DNA from: an uncultured Candidatus Micrarchaeota archaeon
GTDB lineage: Archaea > Micrarchaeota > Micrarchaeia > Anstonellales > Anstonellaceae
Direction: 5' to 3'
NCBI GenBank assembly: GCA_903892905.1
Contig: CAITKI010000153.1
Coordinates: 1 to 57,469 of the forward strand
Length of the DNA stretch: 57,469 nucleotides
This document shows, piece after piece, positions 50,594-57,469 of the stretch (the stretch's first letter is position 1; the number at the start of each line of letters is the position of its first letter). The notes under the pieces were generated by a model. That model did not search any database. It was not told the origin of the DNA and was given only the letters and a program-made list of their open reading frames with translations. The position numbers were made by a program, and so were the translations under genes.

Positions 50594-52020
50594 AGAAAGC
50601 TGGTAACGTTGCAGAAAAATATGGCAGGGATGCCAAGCTGTCAGCTTTGCCTAGCGAAAGAAAGCTCAATGTAGGCTACAAAACGAAAGAGAAAGGGCTC
50701 ACTGAGGCGCTGGTGCGCGAAATTTCAGATGTGAAGGGAGAGCCGGAGTGGATGCTGAAAAAGAGGCTGGACTCGTTTGCGATTTTCAAGCAAAAGCCCA
50801 TGCCTTCTTTCGGGCCTGACCTGTCGAGGCTTGACCTTGATGCGCTCACTGCATTTGTGCGCCCGAAAGGCAAGGATGCTGCGCCCACTAGCTGGAAGGA
50901 TGTGCCGCCAGACATTCGCAAGACTTTTGATGTCTTGGGCGTGCCTGAGGCAGAGCGCAAGTTCCTGTCAGGCGCGTCCGCGCAGTATGATTCCGAGGTG
51001 CTTTACAAGTCGCTCCGCAAGAATATTTTGGAGCTGGGCGTGATTTTTACAGACATGGACAGCGCGGTGAAAGAGTACCCTGAGCTTGTGAAAAGGTATT
51101 TCATGACGCGCTGCGTGCCTGCGAAGGACAACAAGTTTTCCGCGCTCCATGGGGCTTTCTGGTCAGGAGGCAGTTTTGTCTACGTGCCGCAAGGAGTGAA
51201 AGTGCCCCAGCCCCTCCAAATTTACTTCATGATGAACTATCCCGGCTTTGGGCAGATGGAGCACACTCTCATTGTCGCGGAGCAGGGCGCGTCGGTGCAA
51301 TATATTGAGGGCTGCTCGGCGCCGCACTATACGAAAGACTCTCTGCACTCCGCAGTGGTGGAGATATTCGCAGGAAAAGGCAGCCGCGTGCGCTACACCT
51401 CCATTCAGAACTGGAGCAAGAACGTCTACAACCTGAACACCAAGAGGGCGATTGTCTCCGAGGATGCCGTGATGGAATGGGTGGGCGGCACGCTGGGCTC
51501 GGGCGTCACCATGCTTTACCCATGCAGCATGCTGGTGGGCAAAGGGGCGCGGGCAGAGCACCTGACAATTTCGCTTGCGGGCGAAGGGCAGGTGAAGGAC
51601 ACTGGCGCAAAGGTGCTGCACATGGCGCCAAATACATCTTCTCGCGTGGTGTCGAAAAGCATTTGCAGAGGCGGAGGCTTAGTTCGCTACCGCGGCTTAT
51701 TGCACGTAGGCAAAGGATGCACTGGTGTGAAGGCAAGCGTGCGCTGCGACAGCATAATTGCGGACAGGAAGTCCATCGCAGAGACAGTGCCAGTGATTGA
51801 TGTGCGCTCGGATGATGCAATTATCCAGCACGAAGCGGCAGTGGGAAAGATTTCGGATGACCAGCTTTTCTATTTGATGAGCCGCGGCATCGATGAGAAC
51901 GAGGCAGTGTCGCTCATTGTGCGCGGCTTCATCGAGCCGATTGTGAAGGAGCTGCCGCTCGAGTATGCCGTGGAGATGAACCGCTTGGTGGAAATGGAGA
52001 TGGAAGGTGCGGTTGGATGA
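50578..52020 (+). CDS. sufB: Fe-S cluster assembly scaffold SufB
   Basis: 480 aa with the typical SufB beta-helix sequence (FWSGGSFVYVPQGVKV, IVAEQGASVQYIEGCSAP, EAAVGKISDDQLFYLMSRGI). Confidence 0.93.
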   Translation: MGIAMKKAGNVAEKYGRDAKLSALPSERKLNVGYKTKEKGLTEALVREISDVKGEPEWMLKKRLDSFAIFKQKPMPSFGPDLSRLDLDALTAFVRPKGKDAAPTSWKDVPPDIRKTFDVLGVPEAERKFLSGASAQYDSEVLYKSLRKNILELGVIFTDMDSAVKEYPELVKRYFMTRCVPAKDNKFSALHGAFWSGGSFVYVPQGVKVPQPLQIYFMMNYPGFGQMEHTLIVAEQGASVQYIEGCSAPHYTKDSLHSAVVEIFAGKGSRVRYTSIQNWSKNVYNLNTKRAIVSEDAVMEWVGGTLGSGVTMLYPCSMLVGKGARAEHLTISLAGEGQVKDTGAKVLHMAPNTSSRVVSKSICRGGGLVRYRGLLHVGKGCTGVKASVRCDSIIADRKSIAETVPVIDVRSDDAIIQHEAAVGKISDDQLFYLMSRGIDENEAVSLIVRGFIEPIVKELPLEYAVEMNRLVEMEMEGAVG

Positions 52021-52742
52021 AGGCTGAGACAATAAGCATTGCAGCTGGCAAGGAAAAGTGCATGCTGCTCCAAAACACCAGCTCTGCAACTTATTCCATT
52101 TCGCTTGCAGAGGGCGCAAAGGCAGAGATTGCAATCATCAATTCTGCTCCGCTGGACGAGAATGTTGAGATGAAAGTGGATGTGAAGATTGGCAAGAATG
52201 CCGCGCTGAAGCTCATTGGCTGCACGCTTGGCGGGAAGGAAACGAAAAACGAGGTGAAAATCTCGCAAAAATCCGGCAGCAGGTGCGAGCACTTTGAAGT
52301 GGCGCTGCTGACTGGCGCCCAGCGGTTGATTGCGCGCACAGAGCACCTGCATTGCGAATCGAAAAGCTTCTCGCGCTCCTCGTTCCGCTACGCCGCGGCA
52401 GGAAGCGCGCAAGTTGATGTACAGGGCAATGTGGAAATTGCACAGAAGGCTGTTGGGGCTGACGCGCATTTTGTGGCAAAAAGCCTGCTGCTGTCAAGGG
52501 AGGCACGCGTGCGCGTGGTGCCCATGCTCTCGGTGAAAACAGGCGATGTCAAAGCAGGGCATGGCGCTGCCATGGCACCTGTTTCCGCAGATGAATTGTT
52601 CTACCTTGAGTCGCGAGGCATCGAAGGGAAGGAAGGAAAGCGCATGATATTGGAAGGCTTTTTGCTGGAGTTTGAGGCGAAGCAGATGGGGAAGGTGAGA
52701 AAGGCAGTGGAAAAGAAAATCGGTGAGATTGATGGCATTTGA
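52017..52742 (+). CDS. sufD: SufD-like protein (short SufB/SufD family member)
   Basis: VKAGHGAAMAPVSADELFYLESRGI C-terminal family motif. 241 aa, 4-nt overlap with sufB. Confidence 0.72.
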   Translation: MKAETISIAAGKEKCMLLQNTSSATYSISLAEGAKAEIAIINSAPLDENVEMKVDVKIGKNAALKLIGCTLGGKETKNEVKISQKSGSRCEHFEVALLTGAQRLIARTEHLHCESKSFSRSSFRYAAAGSAQVDVQGNVEIAQKAVGADAHFVAKSLLLSREARVRVVPMLSVKTGDVKAGHGAAMAPVSADELFYLESRGIEGKEGKRMILEGFLLEFEAKQMGKVRKAVEKKIGEIDGI

Positions 52743-53940
52743 CGTTGATGCGATACGGGACGATTTCCCAATCCTTGCGCGAATGGTTAACGGCAAGAGA
52801 ATTGCCTACCTTGACAATGCCGCAACCACGCAAAAGCCTGCCGCTGTGCTTGATGCCATGCGCGAGTACTATGAAAACAGCAATGCAAATGCGCACCGCG
52901 GCGGCAATGCGCTTGCTGAAGAGGCAACGGAAATTTACGAGAATGCACGGAAGAAAGTGGCGCGCTTTGTGGGCGCGGCACCATCTGAAATTGTTTTCAC
53001 AAGGAATACTACTGAGGCACTGAACTTTGCCGCGCGCTTCTGCGCAGGGCAACTGGGCGCCAAGCGCATTCTTCTGACCGAGATGGAGCACCACTCCAAC
53101 ATTGTGAACTGGCAGCTTGCGGCGAAAAGCGCAGGCGCTTCAATTGGCCATGTGAAGATGCGAAGCTACGGAAAGCTTTGCAATGAGGACGTGGAAAAGC
53201 AGCTGGAGAAGCGCCCTGGCGCGTTTTCCTTCACGCACGCGTCAAACGTGCTGGGCACGGTGAATGACGCGGATGCGCTTTGCAAAATGGCGCGAGAGGC
53301 AGGCGCGTTTTCCGTTGTGGATGGCGCGCAGTCAGTGCCGCACATGAAAGTGGATGTGCATGAGATGGGCTGCGACTTTTTCGCATTCTCTGCGCACAAG
53401 ATGCTGGGGCCCACGGGCTTGGGCGTGCTATATGTGAAAAAGGAGCTTGCCGACAAGCTTGAGCCGATATTTGGCGGCGGAGGGGCAATTGAAAGCGTGA
53501 TGCTTTCAGGCACCACATTTGCGCGCGCGCCCCAGAAGTTCGAGCCAGGCACGCAGGATGTTGCCGGTGCAGTGGGGCTGGCTGCTGCGATTGAATACCT
53601 TGAGAAAGTGGGCATGGGCGCGATTGAAAAGCGCGTGGAAGGGCTGCACAAGGCGTGCATTGCCGGCTTGAAGGAAGTGGGTGGCGTGCATGTGCATGGC
53701 AATGGCGAGAAAACCGGGATAATTTCATTCAATGTCGGCAGGCTGCATGCTCACGATATTGCGCAGATTGCCTCGGATGATGGCGTGATGCTGCGCGCAG
53801 GGCACCACTGCTGCCAGCCGCTCATGAAAGTGCTTGGCGCATCGGCAACCGCGCGCGCAAGCTTCTACCTTTACAACACAGAGGAGGAAGCGCAGCGGCT
53901 GGTGACATCTGTGAAACGCGCGAAAAAGGTGCTCTCATGA
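52732..53940 (+). CDS. sufS: cysteine desulfurase SufS (class II aminotransferase V)
   Basis: YLDNAATTQKP, FSAHKMLGPTGLGVLY (PLP-Lys), and RAGHHCCQP (active-site Cys). Confidence 0.9.
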   Translation: MAFDVDAIRDDFPILARMVNGKRIAYLDNAATTQKPAAVLDAMREYYENSNANAHRGGNALAEEATEIYENARKKVARFVGAAPSEIVFTRNTTEALNFAARFCAGQLGAKRILLTEMEHHSNIVNWQLAAKSAGASIGHVKMRSYGKLCNEDVEKQLEKRPGAFSFTHASNVLGTVNDADALCKMAREAGAFSVVDGAQSVPHMKVDVHEMGCDFFAFSAHKMLGPTGLGVLYVKKELADKLEPIFGGGGAIESVMLSGTTFARAPQKFEPGTQDVAGAVGLAAAIEYLEKVGMGAIEKRVEGLHKACIAGLKEVGGVHVHGNGEKTGIISFNVGRLHAHDIAQIASDDGVMLRAGHHCCQPLMKVLGASATARASFYLYNTEEEAQRLVTSVKRAKKVLS

Positions 53941-54410
53941 ACGAGGACATGTACCGGGAGAACATCCTGGACCATTACAAGTTGCCGCATCACCGCGGCA
54001 AGATGGCAAAAGCTAGCTGCAGCGGGCATGCAATCAACCCTTTTTGCGGGGATGACATCACTTTTTACCTGAAGATGGAAAAGGGAGCGGTTGCGGACGT
54101 CTCGTTTGAAGGGCATGCTTGCGCGATTTGCACTGCCTCTGCTTCCATGCTCACTGATGAAGTGAAAGGGAAAAGCGAGGCAAAGGCGCGCGCAATCGGC
54201 AAGGAGCGCGTGCTGGAAATGCTGGGAATTGCGCCAGGCCCCACGCGCCTGAAGTGCGCGCTTCTGCCGCTCAAAGCATTCAAGCTGGCGCTTTATTCGC
54301 ATTTGGGCAAGAAGATGGGTGAGAAGGAAAAAAGAGAAATTGACGAGGCGGATGAAAACAATGCGGAAGAAGCCGGGAAAGATTCGGCGAGTGGGAAGGT
54401 GAGCAAATGA
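53937..54410 (+). CDS. sufU: SufU/IscU-like sulfur-transfer or scaffold protein with a charged C-terminal tail
   Basis: YRENILDHYKLPHHRGKM, NPFCGDDITFYL, and GHACAICTASASML. Confidence 0.82.
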   Translation: MNEDMYRENILDHYKLPHHRGKMAKASCSGHAINPFCGDDITFYLKMEKGAVADVSFEGHACAICTASASMLTDEVKGKSEAKARAIGKERVLEMLGIAPGPTRLKCALLPLKAFKLALYSHLGKKMGEKEKREIDEADENNAEEAGKDSASGKVSK

Positions 54411-55249
54411 TACGTTTCGGCCCAGCAGGGATTCCGATTGGCACGCCTGGCAAGGCAGGCACGGCAGAAGGCATTGCTTACTGCCGCGAGATTGGGCTTG
54501 GCGCAATGGAAGTGGAGTTTGTCCATGGCGTGAAAATGGGCGAGCCTGCGGCGCGCGCTGCCGGGGAAGTGGCGCGCAAAAGCGACGTGCTGCTTTCCTG
54601 CCATGCACCTTACTACATCAACTGCTGCGCAAAGGAGGAATTGAAGATTGCGGGAAGCGTGCGCCACATTGTTGCAACCGCGCAAGCGGCGTTTTGGCTT
54701 GGCGCCACGCCTATTGTCATCCACCCGGGCTTTTACATGGGAAGACCTGCTGTCGAGTGCAGGAAAATGGTGATATCCACCTTCCAGCGCTGCCTGGATG
54801 AAATGGCGCGGCTCAAAATCAACGGCGTGCAGCTTGGGGCGGAACTTACTGGCAAGAAAAGCGCGTATGGCTCGCTTGATGAAATCATCGGCCTGGGGGA
54901 AGAGTTTGGCTTGAAGCAGGTGGTGCCGGTGATAGATTTTGCGCACTATCATGCGCGCGAAGGGAGGCTGAAGACGCAGGAGGATTACGCGCGCGTGCTG
55001 GAGAAGGTGGAGAAACGGCTGGGAAGCGAAGCCGCGCACAATTTCCACTGCCATTTCTCAGGCATAGAAGTGATTGAGGCGGGTGAGAAGAACCATCTGC
55101 CCATTTCCTCGCTCTCGCCGCCGTTTGAGCCCCTTGCCGCCGCGTGGGTGGAGAACGGGTGGAGCGGAAAGGCGATTTGCGAGTCGCCGCTTATAGAAAA
55201 GGATGCGCTTGCCATGCAGGCAATTTATAAGAAGGCGGGCAGAAATTAA
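54407..55249 (+). CDS. xylose-isomerase-like TIM-barrel protein, endonuclease IV-like
   Basis: MIRFGPAGIP, LSCHAPYYIN, VIHPGFY, IDFAHYHAR, and FHCHFSGIE metal-ligand pattern. Confidence 0.6.
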   Translation: MIRFGPAGIPIGTPGKAGTAEGIAYCREIGLGAMEVEFVHGVKMGEPAARAAGEVARKSDVLLSCHAPYYINCCAKEELKIAGSVRHIVATAQAAFWLGATPIVIHPGFYMGRPAVECRKMVISTFQRCLDEMARLKINGVQLGAELTGKKSAYGSLDEIIGLGEEFGLKQVVPVIDFAHYHAREGRLKTQEDYARVLEKVEKRLGSEAAHNFHCHFSGIEVIEAGEKNHLPISSLSPPFEPLAAAWVENGWSGKAICESPLIEKDALAMQAIYKKAGRN

Positions 55250-55252
55250 GGC

Positions 55253-56449
55253 GTGGACAACGTCAAGAAAATGTATTTGTTCTGGTTCTTGCGCGAATTT
55301 TTTCTAGTGGGAGCGGTCACTGTCCCATTTTTTATTCAGTGGGGCGGCATTGACTATGCGCAGATTTTCACCCTCCAGGCTGTTTTTTACCTAGTGATAA
55401 CCGTCGCGCAGGTGCCCACAGGCGCATTTGCAGACAAGTACGGGCGCAAAAACTCCCTGTTGATTGGAAGCGCGCTTGGAACGGCCGGCATCTTGGTGTA
55501 TTCATCCGTGCCCAGCATCTGGGTGTTCCTGCTTGCAGAGGTGATTGTGGGCCTTGCCTATTCGTTCATAGGCGGCGCAGACATGGCGCTGGCCTTCGAG
55601 TCTGCAAGGAAGGGCGGGCAGAAAGCTCCGCAGGTGTTTACAAATTCGCAAATCCTCTACTACGGAGCCGCCATGCTTTCCGCGCCAGTGGGAAGCACAC
55701 TTGCCTATTCGCTTTCCTGGATGGGACCTGAAAGTTTCAGGTTGGTTTTCATGATAAGCGCGCTTCCTGTGCTTGCGGCAGGGTTGGTGGCGCTCACGCT
55801 TGAGGAAAAGCACGGCAAGCCAAGGCATAGGCGAGGGGTTGTGAAAATATCGAAGGATGGGATTGATGCCGTTCTGAAAAACCGCTACCTAACTGCGCTG
55901 ATTGCAGACAGGGCGTTGATAGGTTCCTCTGTGATTTTCATATTCTGGTTCTACCAATCCATACTCGCGGCGCACGGCGTGGGTGTGTTTTGGAACGGCC
56001 CTGTTTCTGCCGCATTCAACCTCATCTGCGTTGGCCTGCTCGCCTTTTTCGGCTTTGGCGTGCACAGGCGCGTCAAGGAGGTGGAGAGGCATTTTGGCGC
56101 GAAAAACATCCTGTTTGCAAGCGCACTTGTGATGGGCGTGCTTTACATCGTGGCGGCGTTCTCGCAAAGCATTTGGCTGGCGCTTCCCGCCATCCTGTTC
56201 ATCCCTGCAATGAGGGCGGTACGCGAGCCTGTGTTGCTGGACCTGATAAACAGCGAAAGCAGCAACCGGCGCAGGGCGACCATAAACTCTGTGGCAGATA
56301 TGGCTTCGGGCATAATCTTGATTGTGCTCTATCCGCTAGTCGGCATGCTGGCAGACATCTCGCTTTCCTTTGCGCTTGCATTGCTTGGCTGCCTTGCCCT
56401 GGCATCCACGATTGCCATGCAAAAAGCCTATCAAAAGTTGCAGAAGTAG
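55253..56449 (+). CDS. MFS transporter
   Basis: 12 TM helices and a GAFADKYGRKNSL loop 2-3 motif. Confidence 0.8.
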   Translation: MDNVKKMYLFWFLREFFLVGAVTVPFFIQWGGIDYAQIFTLQAVFYLVITVAQVPTGAFADKYGRKNSLLIGSALGTAGILVYSSVPSIWVFLLAEVIVGLAYSFIGGADMALAFESARKGGQKAPQVFTNSQILYYGAAMLSAPVGSTLAYSLSWMGPESFRLVFMISALPVLAAGLVALTLEEKHGKPRHRRGVVKISKDGIDAVLKNRYLTALIADRALIGSSVIFIFWFYQSILAAHGVGVFWNGPVSAAFNLICVGLLAFFGFGVHRRVKEVERHFGAKNILFASALVMGVLYIVAAFSQSIWLALPAILFIPAMRAVREPVLLDLINSESSNRRRATINSVADMASGIILIVLYPLVGMLADISLSFALALLGCLALASTIAMQKAYQKLQK

Positions 56450-56581
56450 GCTAGGCGCGTCTTTGGGGTCAGTTTTTTAAGCTTTCGGAGCAATAACGAG
56501 ATGGAAAATCCGCCCCTAGGATACGGGCTCGAATTCGTGCTGCACGGGCGGATGGATGCTGCTGATAGCGAAGGTGGATTT

Positions 56582-57196
56582 ATGTACTACGTTCTTTCGT
56601 GCAATGATAGGGTGAGGCTGCCTGCCCAGTTTTTCTCAATGAAGCTGGAGGAGGCGCTCACGCAAATACTGCGCGAGAAATATGAGAGGCGCGTGAACAA
56701 GGACACGGGCGTATCCCTTGCGGTCTGGAACGTCAAGCCGGAAGGCGACGGGCTGGTGATACCTGGCGACAACGCGGCATACTACGACGTGAAGTTTGAC
56801 ACGCTTACATACCTGCCCCAGATAAACGAGATAATCGAGAGCGAAATATCCGAGGTAGTGGAGTTCGGCGGCTTTGTGACACTTGGCCCGATTGAGGGGC
56901 TTGTCCACCTGTCGCAGATTGCGAATGATTTTTTGACCTACAACAAGAAGACGCAGACGTTTGTGGGAAGGGAGAGCAAGAAGTTCCTCAAGAAGAGCGA
57001 CCACGTGTTTGCGAAGATTTCTACGGTGAGCATGAAGAACAACATCCCTGAGACGAAAATCGGGCTCACCATGAGGCCGGACGGGCTTGGCAAGGATGAA
57101 TGGATTTCCGCGAAGAAAGCATCTGCGGAATCCGGCACCGACAAGAAGGAGGCCGAGCCGAAGAAGGAAGCCAAGAAGAAAAAGAAGGAAGAGTGA
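56582..57196 (+). CDS. rpo7: DNA-directed RNA polymerase subunit Rpo7 (E') with S1 domain and a Lys/Glu-rich tail
   Basis: MYYVLSCNDRVRLPAQFF, EVVEFGGFVTLGPIEGLVHLSQI (S1 domain), and the tail KKEAEPKKEAKKKKKEE. The ATG at 56582 is preceded by GAAGGTGGA. Confidence 0.88.
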   Translation: MYYVLSCNDRVRLPAQFFSMKLEEALTQILREKYERRVNKDTGVSLAVWNVKPEGDGLVIPGDNAAYYDVKFDTLTYLPQINEIIESEISEVVEFGGFVTLGPIEGLVHLSQIANDFLTYNKKTQTFVGRESKKFLKKSDHVFAKISTVSMKNNIPETKIGLTMRPDGLGKDEWISAKKASAESGTDKKEAEPKKEAKKKKKEE

Positions 57197-57201
57197 TTTT
57201 G

Positions 57202-57390
57202 ATGAAAGCTTGCAAGAATTGCCGCCTGATAGTGAATGACGAGAAGCAGTGTCCGCAATGCCAGTCGCAGGAGCTGACCGAGAAGTTCTCAGGCCAGCTC
57301 GTGGTGATGGACCCGGAAAAGTCCGAGATTGGCAAGAAGCTTGAAATCAAGGCTCCAGGAAGGTATGCGATAAAGATAAGGGAGAAGTAA
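57202..57390 (+). CDS. spt4: transcription elongation factor Spt4 (RpoE'')
   Basis: MKACKNCRLIVNDEKQCPQCQS zinc ribbon followed by FSGQLVVMDPEKSEI. 62 aa, immediately after rpo7. Confidence 0.85.
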   Translation: MKACKNCRLIVNDEKQCPQCQSQELTEKFSGQLVVMDPEKSEIGKKLEIKAPGRYAIKIREK

Positions 57391-57404
57391 GCAAGGTGAT
57401 ATTC

Positions 57405-57469
57405 ATGGCTAACAAGACAAGAGGAAGGGAAAGGCTGGGCACTTGCGACGCATGCGGAAGGACGATACC
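57405..57469 (+). CDS. 5'-partial ORF (MANKTRGRERLGTCDACGRTI...), possibly a small zinc-binding or ribosomal protein
   Basis: Hand translation from the ATG at 57405, truncated by the right edge. Only 21 codons are visible. Confidence 0.25.
   Translation, partial: MANKTRGRERLGTCDACGRTI

Noticed and set aside
57085-57196. The Lys/Glu-rich C-terminal tail of Rpo7 as a possible separate feature or frameshift product.
   Set aside because: It is in frame and continuous with the S1 domain, and it ends at a clean stop 5 nt before spt4. It is most simply a lineage-specific low-complexity tail.
1-57469. Search for CRISPR arrays, rRNA genes, transposases/IS elements and DGR-type template/variable repeats.
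   Set aside because: I saw no regularly spaced 25-40 nt repeats, no rRNA-like sequence, no transposase or reverse-transcriptase motifs in any ORF, and no obvious long near-identical duplications by eye. A dot-plot would be needed to exclude diverged repeats.

Overview
This is an archaeal chromosomal segment of about 57.5 kb. It is fairly GC-rich and tightly packed, with many 1-4 nt start/stop overlaps. Archaeal identity rests on an intron-containing tRNA-Leu, a thermosome, an AglB/STT3 oligosaccharyltransferase (WWDYG motif), a DGGGP synthase, Rpo7-Spt4, and AT-rich TATA boxes about 25 nt upstream of operon-first start codons.

Left to right the window contains:
(1) A tyrosine integrase next to tRNA-Leu(CAA), probably the end of an integrated element that continues off the left edge.
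(2) Lipid and isoprenoid genes: DGGGP synthase, class II HMG-CoA reductase, and further right a geranylgeranyl reductase and a cis-prenyl (dolichol-type) diphosphate synthase.
(3) A very large envelope-glycosylation region (about 5.2-36.2 kb) ending at aglB. It encodes AglH, a Wzx-like flippase, PGM/PMM, several NDP-sugar pyrophosphorylases, a GDP-heptose route (GmhA/HddA/HddC), a four-gene CDP-6-deoxyhexose route (RfbF/RfbG plus RmlC-like and RmlD-like enzymes), a TylC3-type sugar C-methyltransferase flanked by Fcl-like reductases, one GT4, and a block of three paralogous membrane-anchored GT2-like proteins interleaved with two FkbM methyltransferases.
(4) A small defence/toxin-antitoxin insert (AbiEi/AbiEii-like pair plus a frameshifted Schlafen/AlbA_2-type regulator remnant) inside that region. 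Elsewhere there are two VapBC pairs and a HEPN-MNT pair.
(5) A pilin-less type IV pilus-like ATPase and platform pair preceded by a DUF192 gene.
(6) Housekeeping genes: thermosome, OB-fold protein, NFACT-R protein, MBL hydrolase, Ogg2-type glycosylase, sufCBDSU, endonuclease IV-like protein, MFS transporter, rpo7, spt4.

The most interesting candidates are the composite glycan island (especially the GT2-like/FkbM paralog block and the heptose, C-methyl and CDP-6-deoxyhexose chemistry), the AbiE-like module with its operator repeats, and two strongly structured GC-rich intergenic elements (about 37.1 kb and 47.3-47.4 kb) that no flanking gene explains.

All functional calls come from motif recognition by eye in the supplied translations and from hand inspection of the DNA. 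No database search, RNA folding or composition statistic was run.
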